Shown here in pieces: positions 25,348-33,322 of a stretch of DNA of 49,056 nt. The stretch covers positions 1 through 49,056 of the forward strand of contig DAORIO010000001.1 of NCBI GenBank assembly GCA_035438585.1, in the 5' to 3' direction. Position 1 is the stretch's first letter. Each line of letters opens with the position of its first letter. The notes under the pieces were generated by a model. That model did not search any database, had not been told where the DNA came from, and worked only from the letters and a program-made list of their open reading frames with translations. The translations under genes and the position numbers were made by a program. Origin of the DNA: Minisyncoccota bacterium. GTDB lineage: Bacteria > Patescibacteriota > Minisyncoccia > Phycocordibacterales > UBA9973.

Positions 25348-25522
25348 GTGATCCCGGTAGGGTAATCTTTCGTTACACGAACAGTATACCTTTTTGGCAA
25401 ACTCAGAACGAGTTCTTCGTTTACATCGAAAAGCTTTTCGATTCCTACACAGACGACGAGCAGTCGTCGTCCTCGGGATCACCAAATAAAAATGGCCACC
25501 AAATGGTGACTCATTTTTAAAC
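25348..25522 (-). ncRNA. tRNA-trailing structured element, copy 2 (host tRNA-Arg GCG)
   Basis: Read on the minus strand, the parts in order are as follows. TGGTGATCCCG is antisense to the acceptor 3' strand including CCA. Hairpin GACGACGA-CTGC-TCGTCGTC (25452-25471). GTAGGAATCGAA is the exact antisense of the T-arm (25437-25448). The core is AAGCTTTTCGATGTAAACGAAGAACTCGTTCTGAGTTTGCCAAAAAGG. GGTATACTG follows, then P4 TTCGT-GTA-ACGAA. The sense decoy is GATTACCCTACCGGGATCAC (25348-25368). Confidence 0.75.
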
Positions 25523-25597
25523 TGGTGATCCCGGTAGGAATCGAACCTACATTTTAACTTCCGCAAAGTCATGTCCTATCCATTGAACGACGGGACC
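25523..25597 (-). tRNA. tRNA-Arg (anticodon GCG), CCA encoded
   Basis: Manual cloverleaf on the minus strand: GGTCCCG/CGGGATC acceptor, loop TTGCGGA, T arm GTAGG-TTCGATT-CCTAC, ACCA end. Confidence 0.85.
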
Positions 25598-25636
25598 AAT
25601 AGATAGGTAGACATTATCAATTTTTGAGTTAAAAAG

Positions 25637-26095
25637 CTAGAACCCCAATCTCTCCATCACCATTCTGTGTTTCGGTTCTTGAATAGCTTTTTCTTTTATT
25701 TTTGTTTTTAGATAGTTCGCTATGTTATCAACATCGTCTTCTTCTACATAGATACTTACAATAGGGTCGACAAGCCGAGAGGACATAAATAACAGTCTCG
25801 GTTCATCATCTGAATGGTCGATACAAAAATGTTTTATAGAATCATAAGGGTAAAGGTATTCATTCATTCGAATGCCTTTCTTGTTTATTGTGACTTCTAT
25901 TTCTCCAGGCTTTCTTTTTGAAAAATAAAAAACCATAGCTACAGACAGGAGTATAAAAATCGCAAACAAAAAGTTTTTTATCAGAATAGAGCCAACAGTA
26001 AGAGCGAAAGCAGTTATTCCAACTGCCCAATACCAATCATTAGACCGATGAACTTCTCGGTATTCCAATGCAAACCATTTTATTTCGTCTCTCAT
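25637..26095 (-). CDS. Membrane protein with two N-terminal TM helices and a small soluble domain, unknown function
   Basis: ORF track. WYWAVGITAFALTVGSILIKNFLFAIFILLSVAMVFYF. Confidence 0.5.
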   Translation of the reverse strand: MRDEIKWFALEYREVHRSNDWYWAVGITAFALTVGSILIKNFLFAIFILLSVAMVFYFSKRKPGEIEVTINKKGIRMNEYLYPYDSIKHFCIDHSDDEPRLLFMSSRLVDPIVSIYVEEDDVDNIANYLKTKIKEKAIQEPKHRMVMERLGF

Positions 26096-26140
26096 TATTC
26101 TAATTGTATAAAACTTATACTATTTTTGCACGCGTGCTTT

Positions 26141-26875
26141 TTATTTTCTCAAGTTTTCAGGCAATGCATTGTATGCTTCAGTTATCTTTTGAGATAATTC
26201 TTTTTTGATCGCATCAATTTCTTTGTTTCTAGTAGCTGTAAGTTGGGCAATTTCAAGCTTTGATCTTCTTAGGAAAGAAGATTTTGCCATTCCGCGGTCT
26301 TTCATTTTTTTGATTGTATCGAGTTCGTCTTTTATTTTTTCTTCAAACAATCCAGTGCACAAAACTTTAAGCGTTCCAAGGCGGTTTTTTGATTCAGTTT
26401 CTATATCTTTGAAATATGTTTCACTAGAAGAATCTTGTTTTGAAAGAGAAAGGAGTGTGTCGCGTTCGTATTTTTCCCAAGCAATATCTGTTTTGTTTCT
26501 TGCATTAGACAGGAGATCAAAAAGAGTTTTTTCAAAATTTTCTACTGCTTTTTTGTCGGCGTCGGTTTGCGCTTTTGTCATAAGATGAATGACAAATTTT
26601 TTATATATTGAGTCGACACGATTTCTTTCTTGGGTAAATTGCTCGCTTCTTTTTGACCATTCTTGTTTTATATCTTCGGTTCTTTTTTCTCGAGATTTTA
26701 GAACTTCTTCTCTGATTTTACTTTGTTCTTTTTTTATATCAGATTCAATTTTTGAAATTTTCTGGCACACAGATGAAGACCCGCCGTTTGAGGCGAAAGT
26801 TTGAATAGGCGTAAAAAGCACTGAAACAAGCACAAGAAAAACGATTATTGATTTTTTGTTAGAAATTTTCTCCAT
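26141..26875 (-). CDS. Secreted coiled-coil protein
   Basis: Signal peptide. K/E-rich heptad-like sequence. 17-nt overlap with the upstream gene. Confidence 0.5.
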   Translation of the reverse strand: MEKISNKKSIIVFLVLVSVLFTPIQTFASNGGSSSVCQKISKIESDIKKEQSKIREEVLKSREKRTEDIKQEWSKRSEQFTQERNRVDSIYKKFVIHLMTKAQTDADKKAVENFEKTLFDLLSNARNKTDIAWEKYERDTLLSLSKQDSSSETYFKDIETESKNRLGTLKVLCTGLFEEKIKDELDTIKKMKDRGMAKSSFLRRSKLEIAQLTATRNKEIDAIKKELSQKITEAYNALPENLRK

Positions 26876-27392
26876 AGTAATTTACAAAATTATTAACTCC
26901 TGTTTCATCGTAAGTCGCAAATTTTTCATCGGACGAATTTGAATAAGTTGAAAATTCTTCTTCTGTAATTGTTTGGAAATCTTCTTGTTGAAAATTTTCA
27001 TTTGCAGGTGCGGACATTTTCATTAAAGAATTTTCTTGCACTGAATTGTCGGCTACTTCATTTTGAACCAACGCAAAAGAACTCGCACTATCTGTCGTAG
27101 GTTCTAAAATAGGGTCAGCGTTTGGTTGTAAATTATTTTTTACAGAAAGTCCGACGATTAATATCACAGCCAAAGCAGGGACAGAGATTTTGAAAAACAT
27201 TGGAATGTAAAACGGAGACTTGGTTGGGTTAGAGTTTTGAGGTAGTGTTTCTTCTCCTAGCATTTTCATTGCCTTCAAAAAAGATTCATGCGGAGCTTTT
27301 ATTTCTTTTCTTAGATTTTGGAGTTGAGAAATAACCTGCAAGTCTTTTGCATCAAATTCTTCATTATTTTGTTGTGGTATTTCTTTATTCAT
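26859..27392 (-). CDS. Putative anti-sigma factor (single-pass membrane protein)
   Basis: Overlaps the stop of the ECF sigma gene by 8 nt. Central TM helix ISVPALAVILIVGLSV. Confidence 0.4.
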   Translation of the reverse strand: MNKEIPQQNNEEFDAKDLQVISQLQNLRKEIKAPHESFLKAMKMLGEETLPQNSNPTKSPFYIPMFFKISVPALAVILIVGLSVKNNLQPNADPILEPTTDSASSFALVQNEVADNSVQENSLMKMSAPANENFQQEDFQTITEEEFSTYSNSSDEKFATYDETGVNNFVNYYGENF

Positions 27393-27933
27393 AGTCTTTT
27401 ATATTTTCTCTTAAAGCTTTTATTCCACGCGAGAGTAGTTGCCGAACTGCTTCTTCGCTTTTTCCCATAATTTCCGATATGTCTTTGGCGGGAAGGTCTT
27501 CGACATATCTGAGCGTCAGGGCTTCTCTTTGTTCTTCGGACAGTTTTTCGATCATATCCTTAAAGTCGAGTCCCAGTTCTTTTTTGTCTTCAGCTTGATT
27601 TTCGCTTTCGATCATTACCACTTCGTCGCTTACTATCGTGTTTCTGGTGCCACGTTTCCGCCAGTAGTCGATAAGGGTGTTTCGGGCGATGGTGAATATG
27701 AAGCTTGGCAGGGAAATGGTTTGGGTTATTTTTGTGAGGTTTGCGTAAAACTTTACAAAGGAGGTTTGGGTCAAATCTACCGCCTCGTCGTCATTTTGGG
27801 TTCGCATAAAAAAGTAGCGATAGAGCGGGGAGTAGAAATACTTGTATATTTCGTCCTGCGCCGTAACAGAGCCATCTCTGGCCTCATCAAACAGCTTCTT
27901 TAGTTTTTCGTGGTCATTAGCTCTTTCAGACAT
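27385..27933 (-). CDS. ECF-type RNA polymerase sigma factor
   Basis: Region 2 (YRYFFMRTQNDDEAVDLTQTSFVKFY). Region 4 HTH (REALTLRYVEDLPAKDISEIMGKSEEAVRQLLSRG). I take the start at ATG 27933, because the track's TTG extension runs into the terminator at 27996-28025. Confidence 0.8.
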   Translation of the reverse strand: MSERANDHEKLKKLFDEARDGSVTAQDEIYKYFYSPLYRYFFMRTQNDDEAVDLTQTSFVKFYANLTKITQTISLPSFIFTIARNTLIDYWRKRGTRNTIVSDEVVMIESENQAEDKKELGLDFKDMIEKLSEEQREALTLRYVEDLPAKDISEIMGKSEEAVRQLLSRGIKALRENIKDYE

Positions 27934-27993
27934 AATAACGCATATTATACTGTATTTGTGATGGGTGGAAACAGGAAATATGCTCCAAAACAA

Positions 27994-28026
27994 AAACAAC
28001 CACTATTCCAGGTAGTGGTTGTTTTC
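27994..28026 (-). terminator. Terminator after the DUF1801-like gene
   Basis: ACAACCACTA/TAGTGGTTGT stem (27996-28022), flanked by A and T runs. Confidence 0.7.
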
Positions 28027-28065
28027 AGTTATTTATTTAAATTTAAACAAGATTTTTGTTAGTGG

Positions 28066-28497
28066 TTAAGTCTTAGTTTTATATTTTTTCTTCATATCCG
28101 CAACAGATTTTTTGATGAGTATTTTTAGGGTAGGGATATGAACATTTTCTAGTTTTTTAATATATAAGCAAGATCCACCACTTGTTTTGTGCGGACCGAT
28201 TTTTTCAAGTAAATCCCCGTATCCTTTAAATCCCGGCATTATGTAAATTGTTATTCCTGTTGCTCTTGGGGAAAATGCGATAAGTGGCCAATCTCCCTCT
28301 TGGGAAGAACGATCAGATTTGTAATGATACTCACCAAAACCAACAATGCTTTCGCCCCACATTGTAGGTTTTAGTTTTGTCGTTTCTTCAAAAATACTAA
28401 GTAGTTTTAAAGAATCATTTCTTTTTTGTTCGTCTTTTATAGTTTTAATAAATTTTTTTGGTGGAACTTTGGTTGGTTTTGTTTTTACTTCTGCCAT
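28066..28497 (-). CDS. DUF1801 (YdhG-like) domain protein
   Basis: 143 aa. Pattern ...MWGESIVGFGEYHYKS...LIAFSPRATGITIY... is typical of this family. Confidence 0.55.
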   Translation of the reverse strand: MAEVKTKPTKVPPKKFIKTIKDEQKRNDSLKLLSIFEETTKLKPTMWGESIVGFGEYHYKSDRSSQEGDWPLIAFSPRATGITIYIMPGFKGYGDLLEKIGPHKTSGGSCLYIKKLENVHIPTLKILIKKSVADMKKKYKTKT

Positions 28498-28537
28498 ATG
28501 GATTTAATATAACATACCGAAAAAGAAGAGGAGAAAA

Positions 28538-28570
28538 ATAAAAGACCGTCCAATCGGACAGTCTTTGTTT
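28538..28570 (-). terminator. Rho-independent terminator
   Basis: AGACCGTCC/GGACAGTCT stem with a T-run on the minus strand. Confidence 0.65.
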
Positions 28571-28586
28571 TAGGTTCAGTCTTAAT

Positions 28587-29273
28587 TTATACATGCGGTA
28601 TTCCCATATAATGTTCAATGAACATTATATTCGCAGGATTTTTTATTACCGCTGAGGTAACGTCAAAAATATAAGCTATTGTTTCGCCATATTCACGAAA
28701 CGTTTTTTGATGTTCTTTTGATAATGCATCGTAATGCTTTTTAAGTTTTTCATAAAATACTTCACCTTCAGTATTCCAAGCTGGAATATTAATTACATCT
28801 TTTTCCAATTCCATGGCTACTTTTTCTAACCCTTCAGTTTCTTTAGATATATTCATAATAAAACGAAATATTTTTTTAATGAAAGCGTTTAGTTTTTCAG
28901 AATTCATAAAAAGATTAATAATAAAGAGTGGTAATAAGCAAAGAAGTAGGGCAATCCAAATTAGAAAAATAGTAATAACTGGAATTACACCAAAAACTGA
29001 TACCATGAAAGCTTTGTCAGATGATGAAAAGTGGTTAACCAGCAGAACGATAATAGTAAGCCCGATTACATAGATTCCAAAATATTTTAATAGGCGGAAG
29101 TTATCCCTCGCTTCTTGGGTTTTGTACTTTGTATATGCTTCAATGTAAGCAGATGTTTTTTGAAGTGCAATCTGGAAATACTCAATTTTGTTGTCGGGAA
29201 TAATTCCCAAGCTGAGCAAATAGGTAAGTGCTATTTGTTCACGTTCGCTTAGTGATTTTTTATCTTTTTTCAT
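28587..29273 (-). CDS. Membrane protein, unknown function
   Basis: ORF track. Three central TM helices. Confidence 0.5.
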   Translation of the reverse strand: MKKDKKSLSEREQIALTYLLSLGIIPDNKIEYFQIALQKTSAYIEAYTKYKTQEARDNFRLLKYFGIYVIGLTIIVLLVNHFSSSDKAFMVSVFGVIPVITIFLIWIALLLCLLPLFIINLFMNSEKLNAFIKKIFRFIMNISKETEGLEKVAMELEKDVINIPAWNTEGEVFYEKLKKHYDALSKEHQKTFREYGETIAYIFDVTSAVIKNPANIMFIEHYMGIPHV

Positions 29274-29345
29274 TTTTTAAAGAGTTTAGATTATTTGTGT
29301 AAATTGTACGTTATATAGCTAAATATGTAAATGTGTCGTCAAAAG

Positions 29346-29374
29346 TTGACAAATAAACTCGTTTGGCGTAGCAT
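29346..29374 (+). promoter_or_regulatory. Promoter TTGACA-N17-TAGCAT, 6 nt before the ATG (leaderless-type)
   Basis: TTGACA 29346-29351, TAGCAT 29369-29374, ATG 29381. Confidence 0.55.
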
Positions 29375-29380
29375 TAAAAC

Positions 29381-30160
29381 ATGAGTCAAAATATACAGGA
29401 TATAGTAATTAATATTGGATTAAACAAAGCCGAAGCCACTACTTTTTCGGTCCTTATGCAATATCCTGATGGTATGTCTGTTCTAGAATTGAGTCGAGAA
29501 TTAAATTTACCTCGTCCAACAATATACTCACACCTCGAGGAGCTTTTTAAGATTGGAATTGCTAAAAAGGGGTTACATGAAAATACCTCCGTCGTATATC
29601 CTGAGTCAAAAGAAATTATTGAAAGTATATTTGAAGAAAAAATTGCTTCATTAAAAAAATCAAAAGAACATCTTTCGTTGAGTTTTGATAATAAAAAAAG
29701 TATTACAAAATTTAAGCCGAAGTTTTTTGTATATGAAGGGCAAAATGCTTACGAACAAGTGTGGCGAGATATCCTTAGAACAAGAGAAGATTCTTATTGG
29801 GTTTGGCCTGTTAAGGGAATGCTTGAGAAGGGGATTTCAGTAGAAAAAATAAAAGAATTTCACGAGGAAAGAATAAAGAGAAATATTGTTATGAATGTTT
29901 TGTGGCCTGAAAGAATGAAATTAGATATTGAAAAATCTCCGTTCCTTATTTCTTCTGATGAAAAAATTTCTTTACGAAAAATCCGTATCTTACCTAAGGA
30001 GCTCGATCAAGATGTTGGATATGGTATTTATGGAAACAGGGTTGCTTTTATTTCAGCTGGATCGGAGAACTATGCTTTTGTGGTAGAAAGTAAAGAGTTG
30101 ACAAAAACTCTTAAAAATCAATTTGATTTCTTTTGGGGAATTTCTAAGAAGTATTTGTAG
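29381..30160 (+). CDS. TrmB-family transcriptional regulator
   Basis: N-terminal wHTH: GLNKAEATTFSVLMQYPDGMSVLELSRELNLPRPTIYSHLEELFKIGIAKK. Confidence 0.7.
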   Translation: MSQNIQDIVINIGLNKAEATTFSVLMQYPDGMSVLELSRELNLPRPTIYSHLEELFKIGIAKKGLHENTSVVYPESKEIIESIFEEKIASLKKSKEHLSLSFDNKKSITKFKPKFFVYEGQNAYEQVWRDILRTREDSYWVWPVKGMLEKGISVEKIKEFHEERIKRNIVMNVLWPERMKLDIEKSPFLISSDEKISLRKIRILPKELDQDVGYGIYGNRVAFISAGSENYAFVVESKELTKTLKNQFDFFWGISKKYL

Positions 30161-30186
30161 TTGGTTGTGTGTTTGATTGTTGTAGT

Positions 30187-30355
30187 GCGGCGAGAGTTTC
30201 GAACCTTACAGGTTCAGTACACCTTTTCAATTTACTTAGAGCAAAGCTCCTCGTAAATAATGAAAAGCTTTTCGAATCTCGCACGTACGGCACGCAGGTG
30301 TCGTACTCGCCTCCGCATATAAAAAAGACCCGAAATATCGGGTCTTTTTTATATG
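30187..30355 (-). ncRNA. tRNA-trailing structured element, copy 3 (host tRNA-Ser)
   Basis: Read on the minus strand, the parts in order are as follows. A terminator hairpin is extended into a perfect 25-bp palindrome (30308-30332 / 30339-30363) that includes the acceptor 3' strand. Hairpin GTACGACAC-CTGC-GTGCCGTAC. GCGAGATTCGAA is the exact antisense of the T-arm (30271-30282). The core is AAGCTTTTCATTATTTACGAGGAGCTTTGCTCTAAGTAAATTGAAAAGG. GGTGTACTG follows, then P4 AACCT-GTA-AGGTT. The sense decoy is GTTCGAAACTCTCGCCGC. Confidence 0.75.
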
Positions 30356-30442
30356 CGGAGGCGGCGAGATTCGAACTCGCGGTACGGTTTCCCATACAAC
30401 AGTTTTCAAGACTGTCGCCTTCAACCACTCAGCCACACCTCC
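30356..30442 (-). tRNA. tRNA-Ser (anticodon UGA), type II with long variable arm, no encoded CCA
   Basis: GGAGGTG/CGCCTCC acceptor, loop CTTGAAA, long extra arm, T arm GCGAG-TTCGAAT-CTCGC. Confidence 0.85.
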
Positions 30443-30449
30443 GAGATTT

Positions 30450-30478
30450 AGATTACTGTATTTTCGTTTTTTTCTCAA
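30450..30478 (-). promoter_or_regulatory. Promoter TTGAGA-N17-TAATCT placing the start site at or next to the tRNA-Ser 5' end
   Basis: Complement of 30473-30478 = TTGAGA. Complement of 30450-30455 = TAATCT. 7 nt remain to the G at position +1 of the tRNA (30442). Confidence 0.5.
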
Positions 30479-30492
30479 GTTTTTGTAAATAA

Positions 30493-30521
30493 TAAAAACC
30501 ACCCAAAGCAGGGCGGTTTTT
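30493..30521 (-). terminator. Rho-independent terminator
   Basis: AACCACCC/GGGCGGTT stem (one mismatch) with a T-run on the minus strand. Confidence 0.6.
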
Positions 30522-30822
30522 AGATTTTGAAGTCAATATGTTCTTCTTCTTTTTGATTTTCGCTTCTTGTGGTTGCGACAGATTTTTCAAAAAGTTTTTT
30601 TATTGGACGTTTAAATACTTGAGAAACTCTTTCTTTTGAAACTTTGGCAACTTTGAAAAGATACCAGATATCCAATATAGAAAGAGTGTTTAAAAGAAGT
30701 AGGGCAACAAACCATCCACGGTCTCCGTTTCTGGCGGCTGTCCAGACAGAAAAGATTTTCCAAATCAATGTCCAGAAGCTTAAAAGAAAAATGACTATAA
30801 ATATAATTGTTTCGTCGTGCAC
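30520..30822 (-). CDS. Small two-TM membrane protein
   Basis: ORF track, GTG start. IIFIVIFLLSFWTLIW and WFVALLLLNTLSILDIWYLF helices. Confidence 0.5.
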   Translation of the reverse strand: MHDETIIFIVIFLLSFWTLIWKIFSVWTAARNGDRGWFVALLLLNTLSILDIWYLFKVAKVSKERVSQVFKRPIKKLFEKSVATTRSENQKEEEHIDFKI

Positions 30823-30879
30823 GAAAGAATTATACCAAGCGTTTATTTAAAAGGCTATATTTATGGTATATTCCAAGTT

Positions 30880-31266
30880 ATGAAATACTTGGGAATTGAT
30901 TTTGGGGGTAAAAATATTGGAGTTGCTGTTTCAGATGATGGTGGCCAGATTGCTTTTCCGTTCAAGACACTAAAAAATGAAGGAGGGCTTATAACTTCAA
31001 TAAAACAAATTTGTCTTTCTGAAAATATAGAAACAATAGTTTTGGGAAAATCGATTAATGACCAAGGAGAGCCAAATCAAATTCAAAAACAAATTGAAAA
31101 TTTTAGAGAAGTGCTTATTGCAGAAGTTAAGTTGCCGGTTAAATGGCAAAATGAAAGTTTTTCGTCTGTGCATGTTTTAGATGATGCCAAAGGTCGAGAT
31201 GGGGGAGATCATGCTCAGGCGGCCGCGCTAATACTTCAGAGATTTTTAGAGAGAGTAAATTCTTGA
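30880..31266 (+). CDS. ruvX: Putative pre-16S rRNA nuclease / Holliday junction resolvase-like YqgF
   Basis: MKYLGIDFGGKNIGVAVSD. I take the start at ATG 30880, with extended -10 TGgTATATT 7 nt upstream. Ends with TGA. Confidence 0.8.
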   Translation: MKYLGIDFGGKNIGVAVSDDGGQIAFPFKTLKNEGGLITSIKQICLSENIETIVLGKSINDQGEPNQIQKQIENFREVLIAEVKLPVKWQNESFSSVHVLDDAKGRDGGDHAQAAALILQRFLERVNS

Positions 31267-31278
31267 TAAACTATATAT

Positions 31279-31611
31279 ATGGAAAACATAAACATTGATG
31301 ATTTTGCAAAAATAGAAATAAAGTTTGGAAAAATTCTTTCAGCTGAAACAGTTGAAGGTGCAGATAAGCTTATAAAATTTATGGTAGATCTTGGTGAAGA
31401 ACAACCTCGTCAAATTCTTTCAGGAATAAGAGAGCGATATGAAGCTTGGGAGAGTTTGGTTGGTAAAATGGTACCAGTTGTTGCGAATCTTCCAGCTCGA
31501 AAACTGAAAGGCCTAGATAGTCAGGGGATGATAATGTACGCAGTTGGCGAGACAGAATTTGCACCGATTCATCCAGAGTTTAATGTTGCCCCAGGCACAA
31601 GAGCTTCTTAG
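31279..31611 (+). CDS. tRNA-binding domain protein (CsaA/Trbp111-like)
   Basis: GKILSAETVEGADKLIKFMVDLGEE...QILSGI...VVANLPARKLKGLDSQGMIM. Confidence 0.8.
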   Translation: MENINIDDFAKIEIKFGKILSAETVEGADKLIKFMVDLGEEQPRQILSGIRERYEAWESLVGKMVPVVANLPARKLKGLDSQGMIMYAVGETEFAPIHPEFNVAPGTRAS

Positions 31612-31612
31612 T

Positions 31613-32245
31613 GTGGAAATATTTTTACCAGAAAACATAATCGGTACATTTGGCCTACTTGGGGCTGGTATTGTTATTTTTGCTGAAACAGGTCTATTTT
31701 TCGGATTTTTTTTACCGGGTGATACTCTTATTTTGACTGCCGGTGTTTTTGCTTCACAGGGCTATTATTCTTTTGCTGCCATGTTTGCTGTTTTGGCAAT
31801 ATCAGCAATTGCTGGAGACATACTCGGTTATTTTAGTGGACAAAAGATGGGAACTTATTGGTTTTCTAAAAAAGAATCTTTTTTCTTTAAAAAGGGTTAT
31901 ATTGAAAAAGCAGAGTATTTTTATAATAAATATGGAATTGCGACTATAGTTGTTGCTCGTTTTGTGCCAATAGTTCGCACATTCGCTCCGATTATTGCCG
32001 GAGTTATAAAAATGAAATATTCAACTTTTCTTTTTTATAATATTTTCGGCGCACTTTTGTGGGTTTTAGGTATTGGAGGACTTGGGTATTTTTTGGGAGG
32101 AATTTTACCTCAAAATACTATTTTACATGGCGCTCTGGTTGGTTTTATTTTTATATCTATTCTCACACCACTTGTGCCAAGAATATTTAATAAATTTTTT
32201 AATAAAAAATTAGAAACAACTGAAAGTACTGAAGAAAAAAAATAA
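31613..32245 (+). CDS. DedA-family membrane protein
   Basis: GLFFGFFLPGDTLILTAGVFASQG, VARFVPIVRTFAPIIAG. A GTG at 31613 lies 1 nt after the upstream stop. The track ATG at 31544 would overlap 68 nt. Confidence 0.7.
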   Translation: MEIFLPENIIGTFGLLGAGIVIFAETGLFFGFFLPGDTLILTAGVFASQGYYSFAAMFAVLAISAIAGDILGYFSGQKMGTYWFSKKESFFFKKGYIEKAEYFYNKYGIATIVVARFVPIVRTFAPIIAGVIKMKYSTFLFYNIFGALLWVLGIGGLGYFLGGILPQNTILHGALVGFIFISILTPLVPRIFNKFFNKKLETTESTEEKK

Positions 32246-32268
32246 AATATTGCTGTATAATAAGCAGT

Positions 32269-33321
32269 ATGAAAATTCTATCTAAGTTTTTTCCGTCTCC
32301 AAATTATTTAAATATTCCTTGCTTTGGTGTCTACATATCAGACGCTTCTATAAAATATGTGCAAATAGATTCAAATGGTTTTTTTGATAATCTAGGAAAG
32401 TTTGGAGTAATAAATCTAGAGGAAGGATTGGTGGTAAACGGAGAAATAAAAAACCCTATAAAAATAATTGAAATTCTTAGAGAATTAAAAAACAGAGAAA
32501 AAATAAATTTTGCCAGAATTGGAATTCAAGATAATAAAGTATTTCAATATACAATCGATGTGTCTATTGAGAAAATAAAAAATATACAGCAAATAGTCGA
32601 AGCAAGTGTTGAAGAATATGCCAAAAGTTCTTTTAAAAACTTCGAAATGGATTACGAGATTGTTGAAAGCAATATTAAAAATATTACAGTTTTGGTTTTT
32701 GTTTCTAAAAAATCAACAATAAATAATTTTGTGTCTGTTTTTGACAAGGCAAAAATTAAATTAGTTTCTATTGAGCCAATTGGAAATGCTCTTGTTAGGG
32801 CGCTTGTAAGGGATAGTAAAAATTATTTAATAGTAGATATTGGAAAAAAGAAAACATATTTGCATTTTGTGAAAAATAGTAAAAAAGTTTTTTCTGATGA
32901 AATAAATTTTGGGGGAGATGCTATAACAAATAGTTTGAAAAAAGAGCTTGGCGTGCCTTTTTTGGAGGCTGAGAATAGTAAAATAAAAATTGGTCTCAAA
33001 AAATCAACAGAAAGCAAGGAAATTTTTGATGTTTTGACTAATAGCATTTCAGCACTAAAAGAAAAAATAAATAATACCTATGTAGATTGGGCAACTAGTA
33101 ATAGTGAGTCTGGTTTTAAAATAGAAAATATAATAATCTCTGGTGGTACAGCAAATATGTTTGGGTTAAGGGATTATTTGGCAATAACACTTAGGATTCC
33201 GGTTAAAATTGCAAATCCCTGGGTAAATCTAAAAACAAAAGATTCTTTTGTTCCGACAATGTCTTACGAAGAATCTTTATCATTTGCTCAGGTTATTGGT
33301 CTTTCTATGGCTGAAAAATAA
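32269..33321 (+). CDS. pilM: Type IV pilus assembly protein PilM (actin-like ATPase fold)
   Basis: 350 aa. IISGGTANMFGLRDYL. Followed by PilN- and PilO-like genes. Confidence 0.7.
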   Translation: MKILSKFFPSPNYLNIPCFGVYISDASIKYVQIDSNGFFDNLGKFGVINLEEGLVVNGEIKNPIKIIEILRELKNREKINFARIGIQDNKVFQYTIDVSIEKIKNIQQIVEASVEEYAKSSFKNFEMDYEIVESNIKNITVLVFVSKKSTINNFVSVFDKAKIKLVSIEPIGNALVRALVRDSKNYLIVDIGKKKTYLHFVKNSKKVFSDEINFGGDAITNSLKKELGVPFLEAENSKIKIGLKKSTESKEIFDVLTNSISALKEKINNTYVDWATSNSESGFKIENIIISGGTANMFGLRDYLAITLRIPVKIANPWVNLKTKDSFVPTMSYEESLSFAQVIGLSMAEK

Positions 33322-33322
33322 A

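Noticed and set aside
25471-25485. Interpretation of the antisense arm as a retroelement-style primer-binding site for mature tRNA 3' ends.
   Set aside because: Only the Arg(GCG) copy is complementary to CCA, and there the CCA is genomically encoded. The Lys and Ser copies are complementary to the genomic trailer (CAAATT, CATATAAAA...) rather than to a post-transcriptionally added CCA. No reverse transcriptase is nearby.
25191-25572. Track ORFs 25191-25520 (+, TTG start) and 25294-25572 (-).
   Set aside because: They run through an intrinsic terminator, the tRNA-trailing element and part of tRNA-Arg(GCG). I judge them to be by-products of structured non-coding sequence.
27934-27999. TTG-initiated 22-codon extension of the ECF sigma ORF.
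   Set aside because: It overlaps the terminator hairpin of the upstream gene. ATG 27933 has a TATAAT 10 nt upstream.
30144-30502. Track ORFs 30144-30428 (-), 30169-30492 (+) and 30236-30502 (-).
   Set aside because: They lie on tRNA-Ser, its 25-bp palindrome and the trailing element. They are mutually overlapping and have no start context.
31264-31266. Alternative genetic code with TGA recoded, as in some candidate phyla.
   Set aside because: TGA terminates well-supported genes at their expected lengths (ruvX 31264-31266, rluA-type 37154-37156, 37845-37847). No long gene requires TGA read-through.
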